DNA of 64,000 nt, from positions 1,568,001 to 1,632,000 of the forward strand of contig OZ245365.1 of assembly GCA_965226495.1 (NCBI GenBank), given 5' to 3'. Below the pieces are notes generated by a model, which was not told the origin of the DNA, did no database searches, and saw only the letters and a program-made list of their open reading frames with translations. Positions 1 to 9,928 of this stretch are shown piece by piece (position 1 is the first letter of the stretch; each line of letters begins with the position of its first letter). A program made the position numbers and the translations under genes. The stretch comes from Candidatus Marinacidobacterales bacterium. Lineage in GTDB: Bacteria; Acidobacteriota; Vicinamibacteria; Marinacidobacterales; DATDRI01.

Positions 1-478
1 GGACGCCCGCCAAAATGGGGCCGATGCACGGCGACCAGCCGAAGGCGAATGCGAGTCCGATCACGAAAGAGCCGGCGAACCCCATCGGCTTCTTTTGTGT
101 CTGAAAGCGTTTTTCGTAGTTGAGCCATTTGATGGGGGTGAGCCCCATGGTGTGGAGGCCGAAGAGTATGATCACGGCGCCTGCCACCGGCGCCAATACC
201 GTGCGGTTCGCGGCGAACCAGTTCCCGATGTACGTCGCCGATGCTCCCATGACGACGAAGACGACCGAGAAGCCGAGAACGAAGAACACGCTGTTGAGGC
301 CGACCTGCCGAAGAAGGCGCCGTCGCTTTTCTTCGTCCATATCACGGTTGCTTTCGAGATCTTGAAGCGACACGCCGGATACGAACGAGATGTAGCCGGG
401 AACGATGGGGAGAACACAAGGGGAGATGAAAGAGATGATGCCTGCTAGGAACGCTGTGACCAGGCTTACATTTTCCAT
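1..478 (-). CDS. ccdA: Cytochrome c biogenesis protein CcdA (runs off window start)
   Basis: Manual translation from ATG 478: MENVSLVTAFLAGIISFISPCVLPIVPGYISF...LAFAFGWSPCIGPILAG, containing both CcdA/DsbD-beta SPC motifs; absent from ORF track because it is open at the edge. Confidence 0.9.
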   Translation of the reverse strand, partial: MENVSLVTAFLAGIISFISPCVLPIVPGYISFVSGVSLQDLESNRDMDEEKRRRLLRQVGLNSVFFVLGFSVVFVVMGASATYIGNWFAANRTVLAPVAGAVIILFGLHTMGLTPIKWLNYEKRFQTQKKPMGFAGSFVIGLAFAFGWSPCIGPILAGV

Positions 479-608
479 TCGCCTCTACCCCTTCGGTTCG
501 ATGCTCCATTTTACCTCGAAGTGATTAACCTTGCATGAGCCCGCTCACATATAAACTTTGTGGGCCGCCAGGGTACAATGTGGCCTCTGGACCAGGAGGT
601 AACGGGCG

Positions 609-986
609 TTGATTTGTGGGGTGGGAGTCGATTTGGTCGAAACGTCACGTATGTCAGACGCCTATTCTCGGCGCGGCGAACGGCTGGTACGTCGAGTTTG
701 CCTGCCAACAGAGTCGGAAGCGGTGCTGCGAAATTCTCAGCCGGTCACGAAGCTCTCACAGGTTTTCGCAATTAAAGAGGCAGTCATGAAGGCTCTCGGG
801 ACAGGGATGCGCGGTGTCGGATGGAAGGAGATTCGAACCGACGGGGCGACGGAAGGGCCGGTCGATGCTCTTCTTTCCGGTCGCGCCCTCGAGGTGGCGC
901 ACCGAAAAGGAGTCGAGCGTTATGCCGTTTCCGTAACCGTCTCTCGGGACCTAGCAATCGCGACCGTTTTGCTCAGCCGAGCATGA
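609..986 (+). CDS. acpS: Holo-[acyl-carrier-protein] synthase
   Basis: GVGVDLVE and FAIKEAVMKALGTG motifs, 125 aa. Confidence 0.9.
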   Translation: MICGVGVDLVETSRMSDAYSRRGERLVRRVCLPTESEAVLRNSQPVTKLSQVFAIKEAVMKALGTGMRGVGWKEIRTDGATEGPVDALLSGRALEVAHRKGVERYAVSVTVSRDLAIATVLLSRA

Positions 987-1066
987 GACTCATGGATCCT
1001 TGGACTGTGATACTGGGTTCTCCAAGTACTCTGCGGCGCAGCCGAATCGGACTCTTTGGCCTCCTC

Positions 1067-1549
1067 ATGCTCGTCAGGCTCGTCAGCCTCGTGAGCTTGT
1101 TCGCAACGATCTTAGCGGTTCCAGCGGCGGAGGCTGGTGGCGTAACCGGTTTCATACAACGAGCCTCACCCAACGGTCGGCCCGGGATCGGCTTGGGTTT
1201 GTCCCTGTCGGTCTTCACGGAGATCATCTCCATCGAAGGAGAATATTCGCGAGCAAGTGAGGAAGACCGTTCACCGTCCTTAACCATTTGGAGCGGCAAT
1301 CTATTGCTCGTCTCTCCGGTATCGGTCCTGCGTCTGCGCCCGTATCTCGTTATGGGGCTCGGCATGTACCGCCAATCCTTCATGCAGGTTCAGGAGACTT
1401 CGCTAACTACTTCACAGGGGTTTGGAGTCTATTTACACCTCACCGGACCTACCAACCTGCGCGTCGACTATCGGACCATCCAACTCCAAGGAGATCCCCT
1501 CCAAGAGGGCCAGAAGCGGTTCTACAGCGGGCTCACGCTGCGCTTTTAA
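1067..1549 (+). CDS. Small outer-membrane beta-barrel protein
   Basis: Signal peptide MLVRLVSLVSLFATILAVPAAEA, alternating beta strands, RPYLVMGLG, C-terminal GLTLRF; start chosen at ATG 1067. Confidence 0.7.
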   Translation: MLVRLVSLVSLFATILAVPAAEAGGVTGFIQRASPNGRPGIGLGLSLSVFTEIISIEGEYSRASEEDRSPSLTIWSGNLLLVSPVSVLRLRPYLVMGLGMYRQSFMQVQETSLTTSQGFGVYLHLTGPTNLRVDYRTIQLQGDPLQEGQKRFYSGLTLRF

Positions 1550-1654
1550 GGGCGTCCTGCCACGGCCGGTTACTGGCACGGCCCGGATTGGACAACCGCA
1601 GTACTGACTGCCGGCGCGGGAATTTTGCACGCGGGAAACCGTCAACCGAGCCGC

Positions 1655-1684
1655 TTGACGTGCGGTTGCCGGAGCGGGTAAGAT
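1655..1684 (+). promoter_or_regulatory. Putative sigma70 promoter for the MglA-like gene
   Basis: TTGACG-N18-TAAGAT upstream of AAGGAG RBS. Confidence 0.4.
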
Positions 1685-1727
1685 GTCTTTATCTATTTGA
1701 AATCTAAGGGGTAAGGAGTAGCACTCG

Positions 1728-2919
1728 GTGGTTTTCTTCAACTACACGACGATGCAGGTTTCGGCGAAGATCGTCTACTACGGTGCCGGCTTGTGTGGTA
1801 AGACCACCAACCTGCAGCACATTCACAGTAAGACCGACCCTCATTCTCGGGGGGAGATGGTCAGTTTGGAGACGGAAGCCGATCGAACCCTCTTCTTCGA
1901 TCTGCTGCCCCTCGAGGTTGGGAAGATCGGCGGCATGCGGGTACGTGTGCAGCTCTATACCGTACCCGGGCAGGTCTTCTACAACACGACGCGCAAACTG
2001 GTTCTCAAGGGAGTCGACGGCATGGTATTCGTCGTGGATTCTCAGGTGCCGGCGCTCGATGCCAACTTGGAGAGTTTTGAGAACCTCAAGCAAAACCTCG
2101 AGGAGCTGAACCAACCTCTCGACAGCATTCCGTTCATATTCCAATTCAATAAACGTGACATCCGCAACATCCACTCCGTCGACATGCTGAACCGGTGTCT
2201 GAACGCGAACGGATACGAGTTTTTTGGTGCCGCTGCACTTCACGGCATCGGTGTGTTCGAGACTCTTAAGGCTATCTCACGGAAGACACTCGCCGCCGTG
2301 CACCGAAGGATTTCTGGCGATGGACCGGCGGAAAAACCACAGGTGGTGGTGCCAACCGGCGGGGTTTTCGATTTAGCGGACGAGCCCGCTCCCAAATCCA
2401 TAGTGCAAACAACGGCTTCGTCTTACTCGACCAGCACCGCCGCTCAAGAGCGGAACCGACGAGGTTCGGGTAGAATTTGCAGCGAGCCTGGACGCGACCC
2501 CGGCTCCCATTCCGGCAGGTCAATCGAGTTCGGCGAGTTCGGCGAGTTCTGTGCGTAGGATCGCGACCAAGTCATCGCACCACGTGGAACGGGAGCTCGA
2601 AAAGCTCCGCCGGGTGGCATTGGGGCACTCTTCCGGAGTCGCGAAGAAGAAGCGGGCTCCGGCTGCCCAACGTGTCCAGCCAACCCAGCAGCTTGTCCAG
2701 CGCCAGGAAGAAGAGTGCCGGGAGTTGAAGGTGACCGTGCCGAAAGCCGCTCTTGAGAACGCCAATCAACTCTGCCTGGATTTGAGCCTGGCGGGCTCGG
2801 GGGCTAGCGGTGATGTTGCCGAGTCGTTCCAAATTGACTTACCGGAGCGCCTAAGCGAAATGACTGGAAAGAAAAAGCGCCTCAGGATTACACTCGATAT
2901 CGAGGAAGACGATTCCTGA
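1728..2919 (+). CDS. mglA: MglA-family small GTPase with C-terminal extension; frameshift between ~2404 and 2460
   Basis: KIVYYGAGLCGKTTN, TLFFD, YTVPGQ, NKRD motifs; the frame of ORF 2551..2919 is open back to 2404 (TDEVRVEFAASL...), implying one gene. Confidence 0.8.
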
Positions 2920-2959
2920 ATCGAGCCCGTCTTGCCTTCTTTTCTTAGTAGCTTAACGG

Positions 2960-3570
2960 CTATGGCTTTTCGTCTGCTTCGGACCGCGCGGGGTGCGCTG
3001 TATTCAACGACGCCGTGCTGAGCGCCGTGTTGCTCCGACCACACTCCGTGTGGCATCGCATGAGAAGGCTTACCTTTTCGTACCTGCTATCGTTCCGGAA
3101 GGACAGTTGCTTCTTCGCCCGATGGCATCGCATGAGAAGGCTTACCTTTTCGTACCTGCTATCGTTCCGGAAGGACAGTTGCTTCTTCGCCCGCTCAAAA
3201 TCCAGCTCCGCTCTCCGGCTGTATAGATTGCCGTGGGATCGACGGCGAGACGGCCGATGAACGGGCTGTCGTCATCGGTTCGAACTCCCTCCACTCGCAG
3301 CTCAGTGACTTTCGGTAAGAGTCGCTTGAGGTCGGGATAATAGGTGAAGAGGAAGATCCGCTCGATGGGAAGATCCCCCACGCGTTGATCCTCGACGTAC
3401 AGGGTTGCCGCGGTAAGGTGCTCGCACACCCTGAGGGAAACGGGTATGTAGAGGCTCCGATTCAACAACTTGCCCTGCTCGGCTTTCACCGGGCCGTTAG
3501 AGACGAGCACCATCACCATCATCATCAGAAGCAAACCCGCTGCGCCGTAGCGTCCGATTCTCGTCTTCAT
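2960..3570 (-). CDS. Secreted hypothetical protein; frameshift near 3208 and in-frame 72-bp duplication
   Basis: Signal peptide MKTRIGRYGAAGLLLMMMVMVLVS; shifted frame continues ELDFERAKKQLSFRNDSRYEKVSLLMRCH (x2)...EKP* at 2960. Confidence 0.55.
3051..3192. repeat. Exact tandem duplication, period 72 bp
   Basis: 3051-3120 is identical to 3123-3192. Confidence 0.95.
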
Positions 3571-3772
3571 GGCAAGACTCTCCCCTTGATCCGAAGGGTC
3601 CACATTCAGGAAATCGCGGGAGTCCTTCGGATCCTCCCGAGTTCCCTTGTTTTGTGTAGAGGAAACCTTAGAAAGAAGACGAAGGCTTGTGATCGTTGGG
3701 TGCGGCGCGATTCTTTCTCGGCCCGCCGAACCCTGGTGAGTTCAACTTGGTGTCGCCTTGCTAATTAGAAAT

Positions 3773-3788
3773 TGCAAGAAGGGTGCCA
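3773..3788 (-). promoter_or_regulatory. Sigma54 (-24/-12) promoter
   Basis: Minus strand reads TGGCAC-CCTTC-TTGCA, a full consensus match, pointing at the 3570 gene. Confidence 0.7.
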
Positions 3789-3971
3789 AAGAAAAAAGAA
3801 TCTGTGCGGGTGAAGCGGTAGTTCAGGTCGTGTTCCTAAACTCGGACGACTAATGGATCACTGGGGGGTGCGCGGTCTAGCAGCTCAATCTGGGATCAAA
3901 CATGGTGACATGCAGTGCTAGCACTCTCTGCCACTCGTGTAGTGGAAACACCACGGAAGTGTGAGGGTAGT

Positions 3972-4009
3972 ACGAGACAGGGAACATCACGGCTGTTCCC
4001 CGTCCTCGT
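3972..4009. terminator. Hairpin just downstream of the 4016 gene
   Basis: GGGAACA-7nt-TGTTCCC stem with extension; no U tract. Confidence 0.35.
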
Positions 4010-4015
4010 TGAAGT

Positions 4016-4933
4016 TTAAGTTCCGGGCTGCGGATCGATATAGAGATGGTAGACCCGTAGACCGAGCTGCCTGGGATCTCCGCCCGTTCCAAGTTCCGAA
4101 GGAACAAACGACTGGTTGTTTACGATTCTGAGGTCGACCCAATCCTCAGAACTCAGTGCAGCCGCGGGGATGGGAATCTTGACTAGAAAGGGATACCTGT
4201 CTTCCACAGTGATCTGAGTGAGCTCCGTGTCTCCCACGAATATTTGGACCTGGAGCGGCTCCGGGAATGCCTCGATATTGGTGTCCGCCTTCAGATAGAG
4301 GAGAGCGTCAACTTTCGGGTTCTTGAAAGAACATACCGCTTCCTGCTTCGTCCATTGCCACTCGATGGCGGGGTTCTCAGGTGAGGACTCAAGGGGATGC
4401 CAACCCTCCTTGTAGACCAAGAAGATGTTCTCCTTCTGGTCGAGAAGAGTGAGCTCTCCTACCTGGTAGGCCGATTGACCGGTATCGGCTCCGCTCAGCC
4501 CCACGCGTTCGCCGGTTTCGGGATCGTAGAGTCCCATTTCGATAGTAGCGGTTCCCAAGTAGGGGTAGAGAGGAACGAAGACGGTTCGGGAGTATTGGAC
4601 GGTGGATCCTGGCTTCCACGAGCTGGTCGGCTCCACAGGTTGGTGATCGTCGGTGAAAAGAAGCTCATCATGAGAATCGAGAAAATGCACAAAAGCAACG
4701 TAATCCCGCGGGAAGGATTCGAAGTCCGAGCCCACGTCGAAGCGATACGTCACTTCGATTGGACTGCCAATCGGCGCTCGCGGCTTGTTGAGCTCGACGG
4801 CTGGAGTCACCGGGGTGACATCGGCGGCTCCGTTACCCTGACAACCTTGAATGGAGCCGGCAGCCAGGGTAGCTATCCCCGCGAGAACGATTTGAGTAAC
4901 CCGCTGCTGAAATACCTTCATTCTTGCGCTCAC
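4016..4933 (-). CDS. Hypothetical lipoprotein
   Basis: 305 aa; hydrophobic N-terminus then IQGC lipobox-like; beta-rich, FVHFLD...DDH. Confidence 0.75.
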   Translation of the reverse strand: MSARMKVFQQRVTQIVLAGIATLAAGSIQGCQGNGAADVTPVTPAVELNKPRAPIGSPIEVTYRFDVGSDFESFPRDYVAFVHFLDSHDELLFTDDHQPVEPTSSWKPGSTVQYSRTVFVPLYPYLGTATIEMGLYDPETGERVGLSGADTGQSAYQVGELTLLDQKENIFLVYKEGWHPLESSPENPAIEWQWTKQEAVCSFKNPKVDALLYLKADTNIEAFPEPLQVQIFVGDTELTQITVEDRYPFLVKIPIPAAALSSEDWVDLRIVNNQSFVPSELGTGGDPRQLGLRVYHLYIDPQPGT

Positions 4934-5085
4934 CTCGTTGATACGAATAATTTGGGTTCTGTGTTTCGGCGGCCCCGGAGGGGCTCCGGGGGGCTGAGCA
5001 AGCCAATCACTATGTCACAATCAGGGCCCCGAGTCAATTCTTCGACGTACACGCCGCGTCCCGGAGGCCGCGGCTAAGTCTTGCC

Positions 5086-5115
5086 TTGACCAGCTCTTCC
5101 ACACGATGCTATATT
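5086..5115 (+). promoter_or_regulatory. Putative sigma70 promoter of the BMC locus
   Basis: TTGACC-N18-TATATT with TGn extended -10. Confidence 0.5.
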
Positions 5116-5130
5116 GCGACCCTCGCAGCG

Positions 5131-5335
5131 GGCGCCTGACGTCGTCGATAATAGCAAGCTCGATGTTTTCGCGCTCGGTAGGAGCTGAAAAGGGGCGCCT
5201 GGCTAGTCGGATGATCGCAACGCGATATTTTGGCGCCCAACAGGATCAAAAAAGGCGCCGTTCATGCTCACCCAGGCCGAACCCGCCGAGGCAGGCTGAG
5301 CCTTGCAGGTCGGGTTTGGCACCAAAGTAGGAAGT
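5131..5335 (+). repeat. Two to three ~60-bp degenerate repeat units in the BMC-H leader
   Basis: Units start GGCGCC at 5131, 5194, 5254; pattern GGCGCCTGRC...GCAA...TTTTSGCGC...AGGA. Confidence 0.7.
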
Positions 5336-5381
5336 TGCCACGAGGTACCTTGTCGGGCGCCGGTCTGAATAGGGAGAGACG

Positions 5382-5669
5382 ATGAAAGCAAACGGCTTAG
5401 CCTTGGGCATGGTCGAAACCAAGGGGCTCGTGGGCTCGATCGAGGCGGCGGATGCTATGGTCAAGACTGCCAACGTCACTCTTGTCGGCCGCGAGTACAT
5501 CGAGCACGGGCTAGTGACCGTATTCGTGCGGGGAGATGTGGGGGCAGTCAAAGCCGCCGTGGACGCTGGTGCCGGTGCGGCGCGCCGAGTCGGCGAGCTC
5601 GTCTCGGTCCACATCATTCCAAGCCCGGACGCTGAAGTGGAACAGATTCTCCCAACGCTGCAAGGGTAG
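5382..5669 (+). CDS. BMC hexamer shell protein (EutM/PduA family)
   Basis: [26 protein letters not shown]...[14 protein letters not shown]...VHIIP. Confidence 0.95.
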   Translation: MKANGLALGMVETKGLVGSIEAADAMVKTANVTLVGREYIEHGLVTVFVRGDVGAVKAAVDAGAGAARRVGELVSVHIIPSPDAEVEQILPTLQG

Positions 5670-5885
5670 CAGGGTGCTGAGAATGCAGGGCACCCTGCGC
5701 GAGGAGCCATCAGCTGGACGGTGGGGTCAGATCGTGCCGGGCGCTAAAAGAGGTCGGTGCTACTAATCGACATCGCCAGACGGGCTTTCAGATCATGGTG
5801 GCCGTCAAACTAGGTTGTGCCATCGAACGACGTGGCCAGACGGCGGTGGGGCCCCGCCGCACTGATGACGGAGCGAGCCCTGAGG
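5667..5885 (-). repeat. Mosaic intergenic element (hairpin end, GCTGATGGCTC box, two 61-bp units, GGGGCCCCAC hairpin)
   Basis: 5667-5716 matches 42120-42171; TCAGATC...GCCAGACGG units at 5727 and 5788; homologous to 38837-38950. Confidence 0.75.
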
Positions 5886-5927
5886 CGATCGAGAGACTAA
5901 ATTGACTCTTCTTCGGGAGGCTGACCC

Positions 5928-7709
5928 GTGGCGATGAGCGTGAAAGATGAAGACCTCCTCTCCTTACAGGAGGCTCGGACCTTACTGCGCCGGGCGCGCG
6001 AGGCCTGGAATACGCTCGCTCACTTTTCCCAAGAAAAAATCGATGGCATCGTTGCCGCCGCAGCGGAGGCGGCTTCCGACGCTTCCCTGGAGCTGGCCAA
6101 GCTCGCGGTCGAAGAAACCGGGTACGGTGTCCTCGAGCACAAGTTCTTAAAAAATAAGTTCGCCGCGGTTGAAGTTTACTCTTCCATCAAAGACATGAAG
6201 ACCGTGGGCGTGATCCGTGAGGTTCCCGAGAAGAAACTCTACGAGATTGCGGAGCCGGTCGGTGTAGTGGCAGCGGTCATTCCCTCGACCAATCCAACTT
6301 CGACGGCGATCTACAAGATCCTGATCAGCCTTAAGGCACGCAACACGATCGTGTTGTCCCCTCACCCGGCGGCCAAGCGGTGCATCTTGGCCACTGCAGA
6401 AATCATGCGCGAGGCGGCGCTCGCTGCCGGCGCACCTCAAGGCTCCATCGAGTGTATGGAGCACGTTTCCATCGAAGGCACGCAGGAGCTCATGCGGAAT
6501 CGCGAGACGTCGGTCATTCTGGCCACAGGTGGAATGGGTCTGGTGCGCGCCGCCTACAGCTCGGGAAAGCCTGCCTTTGGGGTAGGTCCAGGAAACGTTC
6601 CCGCGTACATAGAGTCCTCGGCGGACGTGGTCAAGGCGGTGAGGGACGTCATTACCGGAAAAAGCTACGACAACGGAACGCTGTGTTGTTCCGAACAGGC
6701 GCTTCTCTGCGACGAGGCGATCTCTCAGCAAGTCAGGGAACGCGTGGTAGCGGAGGGCGGTGCGTTTTTGACCGTGGATCAAATGCGTGCCGTGGAAAGA
6801 GTCGCGATCATGCCGACTCGCCTCGCCAACCCTCAAATTGTTGGCAAGAGCGCGACGTTCATTGCCGAGAAGGCGGGAGTCAAGGTCCCGGTGGGGACAA
6901 AGGTTTTGGTGGCGGAGCTAGAAGGTGTGGGCCGAGACTACCCGTTGTCGATTGAGAAGCTCTCACCTATTCTGGCGTTTTACGTGGTCAAAGATTGGCG
7001 GGACGGCTGCGAGCGGGCCAAGGAAATACTCGGCTACGGTGGAATGGGACACACGTTATCCATTCACTCCCAGAACCGGGACATCATCATGGAGTTCGGT
7101 CTTCAGAAACCGGCCTTCCGCATCATTGTCAACTCTCCCGCAACGCACGGAGCGGTGGGCTTCAGCACCGGCCTGGCGCCGGCGATGACCCTCGGCTGCG
7201 GTGCTTACGGTGGCAATATCACCTCGGACAACATCACTCCGTTGCATCTGATCAACATCAAACGGCTGGCGTTCGAGATTCGCCCAGTCGATCTGCAAGC
7301 GGCGTTGGCGGAGTATGGATTCGAAACTGGAGGTCGTTCGACGAGCGCGCCTAGGACGAGGGCGGCCGCTGCCACCTCGTCGGGCCAGTCGGTTGAGGAA
7401 CGGGTTGCGGGTTACTTGGCTAGTCGTGGCCTCCTAAGTACGTCAGGCACGTCAGGCTCGCCGAGCGGCTCCACCTTTCCCGACGGTGCGGCTGGCAGTC
7501 CCGCGAACCTATCCCAAGCCACAACAAACCCCAACCCGCAGCCCCCGTCGGTACCTGCTACCCCTACCACGGCCCTGGACTTCGTTTCCGAGGAAGATGT
7601 GCGCCAAGCGCTCGACGATGGGCGGAAGCTTCCCGTCGGACCGGACACCATCGTGACGCCGTCGGCCCGCGAGTTCGGGAACGAAAACGGCGTCTTCGTC
7701 CGAGTCTAG
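5928..7709 (+). CDS. CoA-acylating aldehyde dehydrogenase (EutE/PduP-like) with C-terminal extension
   Basis: [38 protein letters not shown] motifs; next to BMC-H. Confidence 0.92.
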   Translation: MAMSVKDEDLLSLQEARTLLRRAREAWNTLAHFSQEKIDGIVAAAAEAASDASLELAKLAVEETGYGVLEHKFLKNKFAAVEVYSSIKDMKTVGVIREVPEKKLYEIAEPVGVVAAVIPSTNPTSTAIYKILISLKARNTIVLSPHPAAKRCILATAEIMREAALAAGAPQGSIECMEHVSIEGTQELMRNRETSVILATGGMGLVRAAYSSGKPAFGVGPGNVPAYIESSADVVKAVRDVITGKSYDNGTLCCSEQALLCDEAISQQVRERVVAEGGAFLTVDQMRAVERVAIMPTRLANPQIVGKSATFIAEKAGVKVPVGTKVLVAELEGVGRDYPLSIEKLSPILAFYVVKDWRDGCERAKEILGYGGMGHTLSIHSQNRDIIMEFGLQKPAFRIIVNSPATHGAVGFSTGLAPAMTLGCGAYGGNITSDNITPLHLINIKRLAFEIRPVDLQAALAEYGFETGGRSTSAPRTRAAAATSSGQSVEERVAGYLASRGLLSTSGTSGSPSGSTFPDGAAGSPANLSQATTNPNPQPPSVPATPTTALDFVSEEDVRQALDDGRKLPVGPDTIVTPSAREFGNENGVFVRV

Positions 7710-7761
7710 GCGACAACGCATGAAGCTAGGCGGTTCTCGATGGGGCGGAAGAACACGGGTC

Positions 7762-7790
7762 TTGACACGCCCCTGCTACGGTGGTACATT
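7762..7790 (+). promoter_or_regulatory. Sigma70 promoter
   Basis: TTGACA-N17-TACATT with TGn. Confidence 0.6.
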
Positions 7791-7898
7791 CGCTGTGAAT
7801 TCGTGTGAAGGTCCTCGACTGAAAAGGTACGATCCCCTCAATGCTCAAGGTAGTCCCTTGTGCCTTCACTCCCCCAAGGACTGAAGAGTTGGTGAGGC

Positions 7899-8285
7899 AT
7901 GGAAGCGGTGAAAGAGTTCAAGACCGAGCACGAAAAGCACCTGAAGTCCGCCATGGACGAGTTGACCAGCGCCGGTGCCGCAGGGGCTGAAGAAGGCTTC
8001 GTCATCTTTGAGACCGACGGGGGCAAGTTTCTCCAGCTCACCTACAACATGGGGGAAGGCCTCACGTTCGACCTGCCACGGGTGAGCCTGTCTGCCGAGG
8101 AGCAACAAAAACTCATCGGCCTCGAAGGAATGGAGGCGGTTTCCGAGACCGAGACCTCTTACCTGCTTAAAGTAGGCACCGATACCAACTTGGGTGCCGA
8201 GCTGGCAAACCGCATCTTTCTCGAGGTGTTCCAGTGCCGGAACGGCTACCCAGTGGTTGCCACGCTAGATATCGAGACTGCGTAA
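7899..8285 (+). CDS. Hypothetical acidic protein
   Basis: 128 aa ORF with GAGG RBS and own promoter. Confidence 0.7.
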   Translation: MEAVKEFKTEHEKHLKSAMDELTSAGAAGAEEGFVIFETDGGKFLQLTYNMGEGLTFDLPRVSLSAEEQQKLIGLEGMEAVSETETSYLLKVGTDTNLGAELANRIFLEVFQCRNGYPVVATLDIETA

Positions 8286-8384
8286 TAGCTCTTTTCCCGA
8301 TCGCCCATCCCTAATCGAGCCGAAAGCCGGGTCGGAGTGCGCTTCGAGGGGAGGCTTCTTCCCGTTTTTTTCGTCTCTTCGAAT

Positions 8385-9909
8385 GTGTTCGCGCGTACGG
8401 TAACCGGGGCGACTCGGGGCATCGAAGGACTCCTCGTGCGGGTGGAAGTCTACCTGAGTGACGGCGTTCCGTCGTTCCGCACGGTGGGACTACCCGACGC
8501 ATCGGTGCGGGAGGCGCGCGAAAGGGTTCGAGCCGCGCTCCGTACGAATGGTTTCGAATATCCGGCTGGGAGGATTACGCTCAGCCTCGCTCCAGCGGAG
8601 GTCCCCAAACAGGGCGCGGGATTCGACCTGGCGGTCGCTATCGGTCTGCTGGCGGCGCGGGACCACGTGCCCACTGACAGGCTGAGCAGCACGCTCTTGA
8701 TGGGCGAGCTGGCGCTCGACGGGACGCTTCGTCCAGTGAGAGGGGTACTTCCGGTGGCGGTCGAGGCTCGATCGGAAGGCGTTCGGATGGCGGTGGTTCC
8801 GCAAGCAAACGGAGTGGAGGCGGCCATGGTGGATGGTCTGGCAGTGTATTCGGTCGGTTCTCTCCGAGAGGCGGTAGATCTCTTGTCCGCGGAGAACCTT
8901 CCAGCGCCCCTGCCAACGAACAGGACCTATCTGTCGAGGCGGAAGCCGTTGCGCGACCTCGCGGACGTAAAGGCTCAGTACCAAGCAAAACGGGCTCTCG
9001 AGTTGGTCGCCGCCGGGGGTCACAACCTACTCTTCTATGGACCTCCCGGCGCGGGCAAGACGTTACTCGCACGTTGCCTGCCCTCGCTGCTGCCCCCGTT
9101 GAGCTTCGATGAAGCGATCGAGGTAACGAAGGTTCATTCCGTTGCCGGGAGACTGCCTCCTAGTGTCGGTTTGTTAACCGATCCGCCGTTTAGGGCCCCG
9201 CACCACACGATTTCTTGGGCGGCGATGGCCGGCGGAGGCATAGGGGCCGATGCCTGGCGAAGTAAGCTTGGCGCATCGAGGCGTCTTGTTCCTGGACGAG
9301 CTCGCCGAGTTTCCCCGTAACGCGCTCGAGGCGCTTCGCCAACCTTTGGAAGAAGGAAGCATTCTTGTGAGCCGCGTCGGTCGATCGGCTCGATTGCCTA
9401 CCGAGTTCGTTCTAGTTGCCGCGATGAATCCCTGTCCGTGCGGATACTCCGGAGCCGAGGCTCGTGGATGCATCTGCTCGCCCGCGGTTGTGAGTCGGTA
9501 CCAGTCGCGGGTCTCTGGGCCCTTGATCGATCGCATCGACCTGCAGGTCTACGTCCGCGCCTTGACCGGCGAGCAAATGCTCGCCTCGCCTTCATCCGAG
9601 CGAAGCTCGGTCGTACGCGACCGAGTGATGAGTGCCAGGGAGTTGCAGAAGGAACGCTTTGCCGGCTCCGGTCATCGTCTCAACGCTGCGATGTCGCCCC
9701 CGGAAGTGATGCGATTCTGCGAGTTGAGCCCCGCCGGAAAGGAATCCCTACGCCAAGCTGTGGATAGCTTGGGTCTTTCGGCGCGCGCGTTCGACCGGAT
9801 ACTCAAGGTGGCGCGAACGATGGCCGATTTGGACGGGGGGGGAAGCATCGAGGACGCACACCTTCACGAGGCCATCCAGTACCGTATCCTGGAGAGTCAG
9901 CAAGCGTAG
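8385..9909 (+). CDS. comM: ComM/YifB Mg-chelatase-like AAA+ ATPase; +1 G frameshift at 9243-9246
   Basis: VGLPDASVRE, GPPGAGKT, PFRAPHH in ORF 1; PGEVSLAHRGVLFLDE, NPCPCG, SGPLIDRID in ORF 2; GGGG run restores frame if GGG. Confidence 0.9.
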
Positions 9910-9928
9910 CAGGTGTTAGCATCTGCCA

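Noticed and set aside
1574-1592. Sigma54 site TGGCACG
   Set aside because: No TTGC at the -12 position
5131-5335. Cobalamin riboswitch or ANTAR dual hairpin before the BMC genes
   Set aside because: No B12 box or twin hexaloop motif recognised, and the same units occur at unrelated loci
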